NCBI RefSeq assembly: GCF_018977255.1
Contig: NW_024704742.1
Location: 127,350,001 to 127,414,000 of the forward strand
DNA from: Callorhinchus milii
Lineage: Eukaryota
DNA: 64,000 nt
Reading direction: 5' to 3'
The notes beneath the pieces are model-generated. The model saw only the letters and a list, made by a program, of their open reading frames with translations, was not told the DNA's origin and made no database searches. The translations under genes and the position numbers were made by a program. How positions within the stretch are numbered: position 1 is the stretch's first letter; every line of letters begins with the position of its first letter. Shown here one piece after another: positions 13,275 through 26,739 of the stretch.

Positions 13275-14065
13275 ATCAACAACAACAAAAATCTGTATAG
13301 TGCCTTTCACGTCAGGAAGACTACCCAAGTTGCTGGACAAGCAGTGTTTCAGACTCAGGTGGGGGTCGGGATCGGGGAGGGTGGAGAAAGATGGTGACTG
13401 AAGGTTGAAGAGGAGGGTCTTGTGATGGGTCCTGAAGGAGGCAAGGGAGGGGACAAGGCGGAGGAACTGCAGGATGGAGTTCCAGAGGGTGGGGGTAGAA
13501 TGGCTGAAGGCCCGCCCCCCAATGGTAGTGCGGGTAAGGTGGGGGATGAGAAGCAGGCCGGAGGCCACTGAGTGGAGGGAGCGAGCAGGTTGGTAGGGGC
13601 TTAGGAGGTCGCAGAGTCAGGGGGGAGCAAGCCCATGGAGGGGTTTGAAAGTGAGGACCAGGATCTTGAACTGTATCCTCTGTGTGATGGGAAGCCAGTG
13701 GAGTCGGGCGAGGATAGGGGTGATAGGCTTGTGGAGCCCGGTGTTGCGGGAGAGGACATGGGCTGCAGAGTTCTGGATGATCTTCAGCCTATGGAGGGAG
13801 AAGTTGGGGAGGCTGACAAGCAAGAATTTTGTGTAGTTGAGCCTGGATGTTATAAATATGTGTATGAGGGTCTCAGGGGCCTGCGATGTGAGACAATGGC
13901 AGAGCCGAGCAACGTTGAGGAGGTGGGGAAAGGTAGAGCGGGTCATGGCATGGATGTGGGGTAGAAAGGACAGTTGAGGGTCGAACAGGACGCCGTAGTT
14001 CCGTATTGGTTCTGTGAGATGTAGAGTGCATCCGTGGAGGGAGATGCTGTCAGCGCCCAACGTAT
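13275..14065 (-). mobile_element. L2 LINE 3' fragment
   Basis: GVLFDPQLSFLPHI...IQNSAA...LHWLPI; (caa)n tail on + strand. Confidence 0.9.
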
Positions 14066-14519
14066 GGTCTCTGAGCTCAAAGTCTTGGCTGACACCTTGA
14101 TGTAATGCAAGGAGAGTCAACATTGTCACAAGGTGCTTTCCTTTAGATGATAAATTGAACCAAGGTCCTGTCTGCCAATTCAATGGGCTTTTAGGATCCC
14201 ATGGCACTAGTACAAAAGGATGGTTCTCTTGGTGTACTAATCTGCAGTTTTATCATCCAGATAAAAAAAAGGTCACTCACATCATAGCCATTTGTGGGAC
14301 ATTGCTGAGTACAAATTATCAGCCAAGTTTGTCTTCAAGTACACAGACAATGCACTTTACACTAAAATTCTGTAAAGTCTTAAGACATTTCAACAACATA
14401 ATAAGATGCTATATCAAATGCATGGATTTTCATTACAAACTTATATAGTTCTATATTGCTAAGCAATGACATATTAAAATGTCAATCTATGTATTATTTT
14501 CTTTATACAGTATAATTAC

Positions 14520-14727
14520 CTGTCACATTTCTACTGCTGGCCACAGATTCTTGTGCAAGTTTGGATACTTCAGAGTCAATAAAAGATTTGGCAAGGAACA
14601 TCCAAAATGTCTTCACTTCATCCATGTACGGAGTCCATTTAGAAAACAGTCCAAAACTCTTCAAATCTGAATTTGAAAGGCGTAGTTTGAAGAAGAAATC
14701 AGAAAGCCATTGTATGGTTTCCTCTAT
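14520..14727 (-). CDS. EPG5: EPG5 exon 33 (208 nt)
   Basis: ETIQWLSDFF...SFGLFSKWTPYM; phase 0-1. Confidence 0.92.
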
Positions 14728-15764
14728 CTGGCAATGACAAAAATCAAACTATTTTATCATTTATGTTTTGGTACTTAGTAGATTTTAGATACACAGTATC
14801 CATTCCAATATCAGCTTTCAGCTGACATGTTAAAGTGAGGTCTAGTTTGACTGAAAACATATTAAAAAAAAACAAGAACACTATTTGAAAAGAGAAGGAG
14901 CTTCTACTACTATCCTGGCCAACAATCCTCCAGTTCAAATGGTCATTCATCTCATTTGTGGATGTGGGACTGTGCTACCGCATTGATCAACAAATTGACA
15001 TTGACAGAGATTACCTGTGAGGAACTTTGAAACATATCAATGTTATAAAGTGGTAATATCCTTTGATGCACCATTATCAATTTCCCTGACTGGTAACAAA
15101 AATGTTTGTCAGTAAATGAGATGAGGGTTGATCTCTAGTATTTTGATATTTAGTATATCAACTGAAGGTTGCATTTTGTATTGGTTTGAAATAATAAATT
15201 TGAAATTTGTAAAAAAAAGTCCTTTCTTCAATTCATAGGATAGATGCACATAATCCTTAGGAAAATGTCTTACATAATCATACAGCAAACATCACAAATA
15301 TGTAAATGAGAGCACTTTCTTATATATCACACCCTCTTTTTCACACACACACACCCACAGTAGTTTTTCTATACAGGCTTAAGAGAATTGGTTGACTCAG
15401 TAACCAATATTTTGTAATATATAGAAAATCTTCACTTTGATTGATAAATCAATTAATCACAGTAAATCAATCCTTTTAAGTTTCATAAAAAGTACAGGGA
15501 TATTAGTAAAGAGGAGGATCTCATTGCTAATTGCGCATTTTATCTGGTTCTTTTTATGAATCTACCAAAAACAAATTGAAGTAGAATCCATTCGGGCTTT
15601 TTGAAATATTTAAGAAACTATTTGAAAAAAATATAAAAGGATATAGAGAAAAGGCAGGGGTGTGGACATAATTTTATCACTCTGTCAGGGTACCAGAACA
15701 GGCACAATAGGCTGAGAAAGTTTAATTTTCCTCATTTCAGAAAACAGTTAAAATTTTGCATTAC

Positions 15765-15913
15765 CTGCTTAACTGACAGACTAATGTTTTGAGATTGCTG
15801 GGCTGTTGAACATCTAGTAATTCCGGAACGTGTGTTTTCTTCTGAGATGGTGCATTCTAAGGTCTGTAGAGTAGCCTTCCAGCAGTCAGGACTCAACATC
15901 TGTTCTGAAGAAC
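15765..15913 (-). CDS. EPG5: EPG5 exon 32 (149 nt)
   Basis: SEQMLSPDCWKATLQTL...SVKQ; AAG acceptor; phase 1-0. Confidence 0.88.
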
Positions 15914-16079
15914 CTTATGCCAAAAAGTGGGAATATTAAGTGCAAGGAAATTTTCCTTGAAATATTTTCCAGGTGTTAAATACTGTTAGTGGTACTAAAA
16001 TGCTATTTCCTATCTGTTAATTAAACCACTGATAAAGAATCACATTAGACATTAAGTTATCCAGCAGCTCCTAAATACA

Positions 16080-16577
16080 ATACAAAATTACATTTGTATA
16101 GCGTCTTTTACGTCTGGAGGACGTCCCAAGGTGCTGGACAGCCAAGGATTTGGATCCGAACTGGGGATCGGAATCAGGGAGGGTGGAGAGTAGTAGGGTG
16201 GCCGAAAGCTTGGTGGAGGAGGAGTATTTTGAGATGCGCCTTGAAGGAGGCAAAGAAGGGAGTGAGGCAAAGGGAATGAGGGATGGAGATCAATAAGGTG
16301 GGGGCAGAAAGACTGAAGGCCCGACCGCTGATGGTGGGGCGGGCCGGGCGGGGGACGTGGAGCAGGCCAGAGCATGCTGAGCGGAGGGAGCGGACAATTT
16401 GATATGGGGTCAGCAGGTCGCAAAGGTAGGGAAGGACAAGGCTGCGGAGGACCTTGAAGGTGAGGACGAGGATTTTGAACTCCATCCTTATTATCCTGAT
16501 GAACTCTAGTATTGTATTGTATCCTCTGGGGTATGGGGAGCCAGTGGAGACGAGTGAGGGTGGGTGATGAGATCACA
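16080..16577 (-). mobile_element. L2 LINE 3' fragment
   Basis: LHWLPI, FKILVLTFK, GRAFS; L2 tail. Confidence 0.85.
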
Positions 16578-17479
16578 GATAAATACCAAAATTAACATTG
16601 TAGTCTTAATTTATATTTGTATCTCTGTTTCTTCAATAGAAAAAATGTTGCATCTCATCACACTGATTCACCAAGGATAGAAAATCTGATACGATTGAGA
16701 GAGAATGTAAGAATCTTTTATGTGCCATTGTAGAATACTATTTGGAAAACAACCAAGGGTGTCAATAGGCAAGACTATTTTAACCTCTTTCAAAGAATAG
16801 CATGGGGACCATATATTTGGGGGCAAAGTGGGATTGAAAAAAAAAGCAGCAAAAATTTACTTTTGAAGTTAATGTCAGAATAGAAGTTTAAATTTTAAAT
16901 TTAAATTTAAGTTTAAATTTCATGAGTAGCATACAACAGACACAGATTTATGGACAAAATTACAACAAAATATTAAATCATAAATTTCTAAATTCTAGAT
17001 TACTGCTATTAATTGCAATCTCCTGCATATGTGGCCATTGATATATTTATATAAACGGATAACCTGTGTAACTAAACAACTATGTGTGAGCTGTTTCTAT
17101 GGATTAATTACATTTCCAGTGAAGTTAAGGAATACTGTAATTTTTGGTAAGAATAAGAGTTTAACAAGCAGAATCAAAACACTCACCACATCCTGTGTCA
17201 ATCGTGCTGCTCTCTAAAGTTAGCAAACTATTAAATCCCAGTTTACAATGGTTAGTTAGGTTAGTGTTGGAACTCATCCCATGCTTGTGTTCGTCTATCT
17301 GGGCACCATATAGCTTTCCCATAAGTTTTAATCAGATTTGAAAGTACATTTCAGGATTTGTCAATTAAACTGACTAAATAAGTCTAAATTTTCATCAATA
17401 AATTACAGTAAATTACCAGATACATTAGTAAAAAATTGTAAAAGGTCCAATGCTAATGTAAATTAGTGAATCAACTTAC

Positions 17480-17693
17480 TTTGCAATAGGAGTCGGAGAA
17501 AGTCACTATAGTGATCAGGGAACTGATATCGGAGAATGCACATCCAATGTTTGCAAAAAATGTTAAAAGGCATTTGGATTTCTTCTTTTGGTTGAAGGCC
17601 ACATAAAGTGAGGGCTAAATGAATCAACTCCAATAGCTGATTACGTTCAGACATAACTGGCTTGGTGGAGTTCAACCACAGCACGAGGTCAAA
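17480..17693 (-). CDS. EPG5: EPG5 exon 31 (214 nt)
   Basis: [10 protein letters not shown]...YQFPDHYSD; phase 0-1. Confidence 0.94.
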
Positions 17694-17899
17694 CTGTAAT
17701 TAAACGAAAAATACAACTGTTAATTTGAAGAAATTGTTCATATGTTTCTGCTAAAAATGGTAATGCATATTAACCGTTAAAGTAATGTTGTTTGGGACAC
17801 TGATTAAACAAACTGGTCATTTTATGTGAGATTTCTTCATTCTTTGAAATCATTCTTCAAAAAATTATCAGGCACTTGTACCTCAAAAAGGTCTCTTAC

Positions 17900-18094
17900 C
17901 TTTGTTAATAGCATGAAGATTACATCGCCCTTGTTTGTGTGGAGGGCGCTGACTACTTTTTCATAAAGATTGACAAATTTATCTGGAGATATATTTGGTG
18001 TGAAGTATGGTGACAAAAGGTTGCACAGTCTTCGGTTTTGAAGAATGGTTTTCAATACAGTTTTGCTTTCTGTTTTTGAGCTACTAATAAAAAT
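17900..18094 (-). CDS. EPG5: EPG5 exon 30 (195 nt)
   Basis: LLSPYFTPN...IFMLLTK; phase 0-0. Confidence 0.94.
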
Positions 18095-18969
18095 CTGAAG
18101 ACAAAGAAAAATCAAGTTGCATAGGTTAGAAAATTCTTTTGTGTTTTTTGAATTCACACATATCCATTTATTGATCAACTTAAAGAAGTAAGAAAATATT
18201 AGCTTCAGCATTTTCTGTTTAAAGTATTCTTTCTAACAAATATGTTATACAATTACATTTTCCTTGTATTGAAGATAACTTTCCTCACATTCAACATGCT
18301 GTCTATATTTCTAATCATTACACTAAACATTGATACCTTTCCTGTGGTAAATCGCAATGGGAGTCTGCAGGCTATTTCCAAGCATCAGTCCCAATTAAAC
18401 TTAGTGGTATCTCATCCAGTCCCAAATCCTATATGTTAGAACACTCCAATAGGTAAATGCATGGCATGGTGTGGTACTGATCCATACAAGCTGTTGAACA
18501 CCCCAGATTTGTTTCATGCTCTATACTGACATAGTTGATCTCTCTTGGGGGAGCTTTAATAGTGCCAAATTAATTTCAATGCCCTGGTTTAAGGAATGGA
18601 GAAAAATATAAAAACCACATTTTTCTGGCTTCATTATTTTTCAATGATGCCAGATGGCAGGTGCTTGAGTGTGGAAGTCACGTGAGCACAATATGTACAC
18701 AAGTTGGGGTTCTCAACCTAATACCTAATGTTTGTACAATGTGCCAACACTTACGGTCTAAGTTTTCGCAAGTTCTGAGACCTGCTGGCACCAGTGAATA
18801 ATTCTAAAGTATACCACATCAACAATAACCACTACAGGCAAAAGAGAAGATGGAAGTGGAAAGAACAAAAATATTTTAAACACAATACGTGTATTACAAA
18901 CTTCACATAAATTTATATTGTACTTCAAATTTATTACATTTTAATGTGTTGATTAAAGAATGGTCATAC

Positions 18970-19126
18970 CTGTCCAAGGATTTCAATGCAGGATGTAAAG
19001 AACTGCCTTGTTGGTGGATGTCGCTGAGTTTCATCACAAACAAAAGAGACAATTTCATAAAATACAGCAATCCCCACTTGCTGATAACTTGCCAATTGCT
19101 GGAGTTTGAAGGCATTCACCAAAGTC
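18970..19126 (-). CDS. EPG5: EPG5 exon 29 (157 nt)
   Basis: [22 protein letters not shown]; phase 2-0. Confidence 0.94.
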
Positions 19127-20184
19127 CTGTCGGGTATCATATATGGAATGAACAAAATGGGTGAGTTAAAAAATACTACTCAATTCTTAAGAAACAGTTG
19201 TGATTTTTTTTATTGGTCAAATGGCTACCTTTAAATAATTTTAAGACAAGTGTAGGAAGAATGCCCTACATTTTCCTCAGTTTGCAATGATTCAATATGT
19301 TTTCCATGATGAATCAGTGCTAAAAATCTAGAATAATTAAGTTTATGATCCTGATTACCTTAAAATGCTTTGATGTCCATGCTACACCCTACCTATGTAA
19401 TGTCCTGCAGTCCTACTCCCCACACAGGCCCTTTGCTCTGCCAACTTTGGCCTGCTAGTTGTTCCATCGACTATGCCCCACCTTTGGCGGGTGAGCTGTG
19501 CTTCCCTGGAAGTTTCTTCTGAAATCCCTCCACCTCCCTCTGTTATTTCAAAACCTGTCTAAAACAATCTCTTTGACTGTGCATTCAGAGACTTCTCTGT
19601 AACCTGAAATCTCCCTCCCAGCGCAGACTCCCTCTCTGTGTTTGTAAAGTGCTTTGGAGATGATCATGTATGTGAAAGGCACTACATAGGTGCCAAATAA
19701 TGTTTTCAATGACAGGTACTGATTCAATTTTGAGACCTTCTCTGGAAACAAATTGATGTGCAAACTTGCAGTATAACTGGTTTCAGCCAAACCAATATAA
19801 AGAGATAAAAAAAATTGGAAAGGAAGTTCAGAGCAAGAATAAAATTGTGACTCAGTTTCAAATTAATTGCAATTATTGAAGATATGTTTCAAAATCTTCA
19901 TTCATGTGTGGGGGAACTTGAGGTACAAATCAACTAGTCATCTATGGTTGGTTAGTGGCACAAAATATGCTATGTCGCCTCTCTATCCCTCCCCCCTTTC
20001 AAGAAAGATTTTAGTAATTCTGACAATATTCTTCTCTCTATTAGAAGTTAAAAGTAATTTGAATGATTTACTGGGTATTTTGTAATAGTAAACTTAATGA
20101 CAACATTTAGAAATATTTCCCACATTTCATCAAATTTGGAGATCTTGAATGAATGCATGTTTGATGTTTCTTTAATAGTACAAT

Positions 20185-20402
20185 TTGAGCCTTCAGCTCC
20201 CCTCTCGACTCTCTTCCCCCTCCTCACTCCCTCCCTTCCCTCCCCTCACCCTGACCATTTCCCCCCTCCTTGCTCCCTCCCTTCCCTCCCCTCACCCTGA
20301 CCATTTCCCCCCTGCTCGGGTCATGACCCAACTGTGCAGCGCCTTGGGACGTCCTCCTGACGTGAAAGGCGCTTTATAAATGGAATCTTGTTGTTGTTGT
20401 TG
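20185..20402 (+). mobile_element. L2 3' UTR fragment with internal duplication
   Basis: ccctcccttccctcccctcaccctgaccatttccccc twice, then L2 hairpin tail. Confidence 0.75.
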
Positions 20403-20468
20403 TACAATTTCATTTCCCATAAGATAAACTTATCTACACTTCCATTTATTTTTGAAGAATCAACTTAC

Positions 20469-20611
20469 GTTATAAAATTTTCCACGTGTACCGCTGCTTC
20501 AGCAATATTTTGAGGAGGGGGCTTTGCAGCATCAGTTTGCAACTGCTTGAAGTCTCTCCGCAAAGTACCAAGTTGTTGTTTGATGGCATCATTCATGTAC
20601 ACACCCTCATA
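20469..20611 (-). CDS. EPG5: EPG5 exon 28 (143 nt)
   Basis: KQLQTDAAKPPPQNIAEAAVHVENFI; phase 0-2. Confidence 0.93.
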
Positions 20612-21116
20612 CTAAAAATTGTGACAGAAAACAATTATTTCAAGAATATATGCAAATACGTATTGTCTGAAATTGTTGACTGCCTAACCTGATATTTACC
20701 ACTGACGTTTTAGCTGATATTCTTTCTTGACATAATTATTAAGAGGATGCATAATAATAATCAGACACTAATACCACTATAATTTGAGCTGGTATGCTAT
20801 GAAGTTGCTCTCAAATGCCATGCACTTTTGACAACAATAATGCTACCTTGGGCTGGCTTTGATACCAATCATTTGTGCTGAAGTCAGAAATGGGTGATGG
20901 TAATCATAATCTTTATTACATCATACATCATGTCTTTCACCCCCCAAATTTTATTTTGGCATAAAGGAATTAAAATACTAGTTCTACAGAGCATACAAAC
21001 AATTTTCCCCTTGCTTTCATAAAACCTTTTCTGTACCAATCTTCAGTGTCTAATGTCATTGATTGGTTTATTGGTTGGTTTATTGTTATGCAGTACAGTG
21101 GCAGAAAACCACTAAC

Positions 21117-21285
21117 CTTAACAGGGATTCTTGCTGCGCCTTGGCACACGTGATTAGAAGAGGCATTGCCTTGGCATTCCAGCTTCATTGTGATTTGTTC
21201 TTCTCGGTTGCTGTATTGTTTAGGTATCACGTCCAACAGCTCCAAGCTTAGTGCTACTTGCTGTGACTCCCGTAGAGCTGCCATT
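21117..21285 (-). CDS. EPG5: EPG5 exon 27 (169 nt)
   Basis: AALRESQQVAL...PKQYSNREEQ...CQGAA; phase 2-0. Confidence 0.93.
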
Positions 21286-22762
21286 CTTAATAAAGAGAAT
21301 GACATTTTATTCATGATATTTCTTGAAATTATACATATTAATTGAATTATTTTACAAAATATGAAATTAACTGTAAACCATTTCAATTATATATTGTCTT
21401 CCAGGCATAATTCACTATGACAAAAGGTCAAATACAACGGGAATAAAAATGAAGTTAAGTGTAAGAAATCCAACATTTTATAATTTGCCTAAATAGGTTG
21501 GATGTGCCAATCTTGTAAATTACACAATTTTCTTGAGTTTCCATAAATCAAAACAGTGTTTCAAACATGCATTCCGTATCTGACTCACAGTTCTGAAGCT
21601 ATTTCACATGTGACAGAACTCCTGAGAGGACTCCAAAATTCCTTAAATAACAGAATCCGCCTTAAGCAAAGACAGTTGGGGGAGTAAGCCAGTGAAAAGA
21701 ATATTAATTTAGAAAAAACTAAGAGAATCCAAAGAATGTAAGATATTCCACTCTGAAAAGAAATGTCAGAAAATGTCAGAAAAAATGATGACAGATTATA
21801 AAATACGTATGCGTACAAATAAGTATGCCAATTACAAGTAGATTTTTGTTCTAATTCAGAGCCCGAAGGGAGAGGAAAGTTACCAGACAGTGTTTATGTG
21901 GCAATCTACATATTTATAACTTCAGCAGTACCCTCATCAAATTTGAAAATCTTGAATGCAAATACAAGAATTATTATTATTATTACCCTGATACATACTC
22001 TGGGGTTCCCAATTTTTGGACCTTGCCAACCTACACCTACATTTGCCCCCCAAATAAACAGTCACTCAGTATATCATAGAATCATAGACATTACAGTCTA
22101 GATGGAGGCCATTTGGCCCATTGAGTCTAACCAGCTCTCAGAGCAAGGTGCACATTCAATGCCACTACCCTGCCTATATCCAATCTTCTTCAAGCCTCTA
22201 TCATATATCTATTTTCATCCTGAAATCCACAATGGACTTTACCTTTACCATCTTGCTTGACAGGGCATTTCACATCCCAATAATTCTCTCAGTGAAAATA
22301 AATTCTAAGATGTTCTTGTGACTATCATAACTATGTTGTCTGGTCACCAACTCCCCTACGCATGGAAATAGCATCTCCTGTTTACCCTGTAAATGGGAAT
22401 TAAGTCAGGGTGCATCCTGTGGCACGCTTTGAAATGTCTCCTGACATGAAAAGCGCTATATCAAATGTAAGGATTATTATTTATAAAACTTTCTGAAATT
22501 AGATAAGCAGAGTGCATTTCTCCAAGGGCAAAGGCACATTTCCATGCACAATGTGGCATGCATATGTGGAACTCTGTCTGGCTGGTTTATATTCTCTTAA
22601 AGCATGGCGATTGGTTTTGGTCACCTGGTTGTAAAAATCAAATTGTTTTCTAGTCCATGTTCCATCATTGATCGAAGATTTGGGTTTGAAATCACTGAAG
22701 GCAATTCAAAATAATTTAGGGATTTTTATTTATTACATACATTAAAGCTTCTAGACTCTTAC

Positions 22763-22934
22763 TTTGCATGTTGTAGCAAGAAACTTAAATCTCGTTGAAT
22801 AAGTCTCATTGCTTCTTTCTTGTCTGATAGACTGGTTGCGGCAATGTCTGGAACAGGTGCTTTCAGTTTCTGTACACAAGCAGGAGGCTGAGGAGTATCA
22901 TGGTTCTTCAGATTAATAAAGATCCTATCTCTTG
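22763..22934 (-). CDS. EPG5: EPG5 exon 26 (172 nt)
   Basis: RIFINLKNHDTPQPP...DLSFLLQHA; phase 1-2. Confidence 0.9.
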
Positions 22935-24406
22935 CTAAAATAAAAAATAAAAATCATTACCACTAGTATTTGAATAAACGTTGATAGTCATTGTCATGAC
23001 TATTACCAATGCGACTAGAAAATCATGTCATTTTATTTCAAGAATTCCACAAGTTTGTATGTGAATAAACCAAACGACAGTGGTCACAAAACTCCAACAT
23101 TATTCACTGTGCTCACTGTTCTTTAGCACCTCACAACTGTTTCCATTTGTAAGTCACTTATGCTAGCCCCAAACTTCCATAGATACTCAAGGTATCTTCA
23201 TTATTGAGAAATGCTCCACTAGCTCTTCATAAGAAATCCTGAACAAATTCTGCTGGCCCAACTATTTGGACGAATTTCTTACCTTGAGGGTATAAAGACT
23301 TAAAAGTACAAAGCATTAACAAAGATAACTTTGTCTCGCTATTCCAACATTCTTTATACACCTTTATTTTGGTTAAGTTTCTCTTCAGTCCATTTTATCT
23401 CATCTTTCCAGCAAACCACCTACCATGCTCCCATCACAGCATCAAACTCTTTTTAAAAATGTGTCTAGCTCTCGGCTTAGAAGTTTAGAAATTTACAGCA
23501 CAGAAGGGGGACATCTCGCTTGAACTGGCTCTTTTAAGAGCAATCCTTTCAGTACATTTACCTGCACTTTTCCATACCCATTTAGTACTAACCTTTAGCT
23601 ATTTATTTAATTCCCTTTTGAAAACTAATATGGATTCTACCTCAACCACTGCTCCTGGCAGGGCATTTCATATTCTAAATACTGTGAATGAACAAAATTC
23701 AACCACCCTGCTTGGTAACCTTTTCCAATCATTAATTACCTTATGAAATACTAAAGAAAGACTTTTGGCCTGAAATTGTCCTTTGTAACCCTAATCCTGT
23801 ACTGTAACATTTAAAATCTTATATACCACTATAAGGTCCTCACTGAGACATATTTTTGCAATACTGAAGAGCCCACTTCTGTGGATCTGAACTCACTTCA
23901 TTTGGCAACACAACCTAGCATCTTTCTCCTCTTTTACAAGATCCCCTGAAAACCTTCCTTTTCGACCGTGCTTACGGTCACCTCTCCCCCAACTCCACCA
24001 TTGTAAAGTGCTCTGAGACGCTACCCTGCATGAACGGCACTCTATAAGTGCAAGTTGTTGCTGTTTTGTTTATTACTAACTCACATTGTTTTGACATGGT
24101 GAGTGAGGTTAATACAATAAAATTATACAGTAAAACTCATACATTGTATCAGTGAGGACCATAACATTTAATACGACTTATTTAAAGTTTGAGTTGCAGG
24201 CAAACTGTATAAGTTTGTATAAACTAAGGAAATCAAATTTTAATCATAGTTCTTTAAAAAAAGGCTTTTCTTTTAAGATGGATTTTGATGGTGAGAATAA
24301 TTTGCTGTTTCAATTGTACAATATATTTTCTTTTTTATTTGATAACTACTTTGCCAAAATAATTTATTTGAGCATGTAAGTTTTGTAACAGATTTGTAAC
24401 ACTTGC

Positions 24407-24548
24407 CTGAAAAAGGATCACAACAGTTTGAAAAGCCAGATGTCCTGTAAGTGACAGAAGGTTCATTCTGAAGCTGGATCCACAGATTCATGGATTCATA
24501 GACCTCATGTTTAATACGTTCATTGTCAATGTATTCAGTCCACAGATC
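24407..24548 (-). CDS. EPG5: EPG5 exon 25 (142 nt), GC donor
   Basis: DLWTEYIDNERIKHE...DPFS; CAG|gcaagt; phase 0-1. Confidence 0.88.
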
Positions 24549-24746
24549 CTAAGTGAAACAAAAAGATCATTATTCAAATCACGTTTGGGTGTCAGCCTGG
24601 CTCAGTTCATAGCCTCTGAGTCAGAGGGCTTTGGGTTCAAACTCCACATCGGAATTTGAATCAGGAATTATTATATTCAATACATTCGGCCCAACTAGTC
24701 AGTGTCAGTGTTTATACTTGACACTTGGCATTTTTTTCCACTAGGT

Positions 24747-25140
24747 GGAGTCCTGTAGCTCAGTGGTTAGAGCACTCGCCGCCAAGTGAGAGGACCCGGG
24801 TTCAATTCCCAGGCAGGACGAAACACTGGGCAAATTTCCTTACTCCACACGCCTCTGTTTACCTAGCAGTAAACCGGCTGTTAGTCAATTGGCGGATCGC
24901 TTTTCCAGGGGTAATAATCCCTTCAAAATAAATAAATAAATAAATAATAATTCGGTCACTCAATCCACAACTGTGTGGACTCTGTTCTGCACAATTGGCT
25001 ACCGTGTTTCACCCACAAAATATACTGTTAGTTTACATGCATATACATATGCTTTACAGCATATTCTGTGAAGCGTTTTGAGACTTCTAAAAGATGTGAT
25101 AAGGAGCTACATCAAATGCAAGGATTATTATTGTATTATT
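24747..25140 (+). mobile_element. tRNA-headed SINE, longer subfamily
   Basis: Same head and tail, extra internal segment. Confidence 0.85.
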
Positions 25141-25201
25141 ACTTGACTTTATTCCTGTCCAGTGTGTGAATGGATTTGCAGATAATAGCTTTAATATTTA
25201 C

Positions 25202-25325
25202 CTGCTGATTCTGCATGACCTTTGCCAGTCTGTGTGTATCATAATGTAAAGGCAAAGAAGGTAGATAGAGATCAGTTTTTTGTAGATTCATATCCTCAAG
25301 CCAAAAGGCAAAAACACGGAAAAGC
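25202..25325 (-). CDS. EPG5: EPG5 exon 24 (124 nt)
   Basis: [11 protein letters not shown]...[10 protein letters not shown]; phase 2-0. Confidence 0.93.
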
Positions 25326-25485
25326 CTACAAAAAGTAAATTGAAATTGTACATTAACAGTTGCCTTCTAGTTGTTGATAAGAAGCAATGGCAGTGTTTTG
25401 TTCCTATATCCTCGCCTGGCGCGAGGATAGTGAGGACGCAAAGAAGCAAACATTGGGAAGAGATTGAAATAAAAATAATTTATAC

Positions 25486-25719
25486 CTGAGCAGTTCTTTG
25501 TGCAGTTCTGGTGATGTGGGTTCTAACTTCGGACTTCCAAAGTTCTTGTCTACTGAAGAACTTTTAATACAACTCTCATTCCTCCAGCTCCTTACAGCCT
25601 TACTTGCTGCATGATGAAAATCTGCTACCTCGGCCAGACGTTTCTTCATTTCTTTCAACAAATTAGACTGTGCAGGGTTATGGAAATAACGTCTCCCAAT
25701 ACAGCTACTGACAGGTAAG
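25486..25719 (-). CDS. EPG5: EPG5 exon 23 (234 nt)
   Basis: CIGRRYF...EVADFHHAASKA...TSPELHKELL; phase 2-2. Confidence 0.94.
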
Positions 25720-25987
25720 CTGAAGAAGAAACCCATTATTTTCTTTCAAAAGCAAATATTACAATTTAAACAGTACCCGGTCAGTGACAGTGAAACCCAA
25801 TATACATAATAGAATTTGCCTGCTCAAAGATGCCCCAATTAATATGAAAACAATTTTTTTGTAGGAGTATCATTTGATTTTTATTACATATGCATGTTTG
25901 AAAAGAAGATTCCTTTGCAACTTCTGTTTTGTTTTCTTAAACAAAGATCTTAAAAAGGCCAACTATGAACCACCAATCAAACTTGTG

Positions 25988-26385
25988 TCAGCTGGGCTTA
26001 ATTGGTAGCACTTAACAATAACTTGCATTTATATACCACCCCTCACACAGGGTAGCATCCCAGAGCGCTTGCCTCTGTGTCAAACGTTGTGGGTTCAAGC
26101 CCCACATCGAGCTCATAGTCTTCTTGGCTGACAATCCTGTGCAGTGCAAGGTGAAGTGCTGCATCATCAGGTGCCCGTCCTTCCTGACCAGATAAATTGA
26201 GTCTCATTTGATTGTTCAGATTGATGCTAAAGATTCCATGGCATTTGAAACAGTAAAGGGAGTTTATTCCTTGTAGGCTGCTGTTTTTGACTACAAATAT
26301 ACAGTCACTACATTTCACAGTAAATCCTTGAGATATTTTGATGAAGAGAAAGGCACTATATTAAATGCAAGGATTATTATTGTTA
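25988..26385 (+). mobile_element. Deu-domain-type SINE with a short nested L2 tail
   Basis: tRNA-like head; gtgctgcatcatcaggtgcc...gattccatggca resembles the DeuSINE core as recalled. Confidence 0.6.
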
Positions 26386-26493
26386 TCATAGAATAGACTA
26401 AGTCATCGGCATTAACAAGTTAATTGTTACTTAAGAAATCCACAACAGGAATGTCAGTAAACTTGAGAATTAAAAAAAGGCTTTGAAGGTTAC

Positions 26494-26660
26494 CCAAATT
26501 CCGGTCCAGGTCGGTGAAGGTACAGTAAGAAGAACTTTTGCCAGATGAGTGGCAGAAGTGGGTGATCTGCAGAAGTAACTAAAGCTTGGTGGGCCCAGCG
26601 ATAGATCAGGAGCCTCTGTATCGATGGCACAACGGGGAGCTTTAAACGACTTTGAGCTTT
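26494..26660 (-). CDS. EPG5: EPG5 exon 22 (167 nt)
   Basis: [15 protein letters not shown]...LYLHRPGP; phase 0-2. Confidence 0.95.
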
Positions 26661-26739
26661 CTGTAAAAATAACACATTTAAAACTTATAAAGCTATATGA
26701 TCATTTGTCCACATTTAATAATAATCATCACCACATGTA

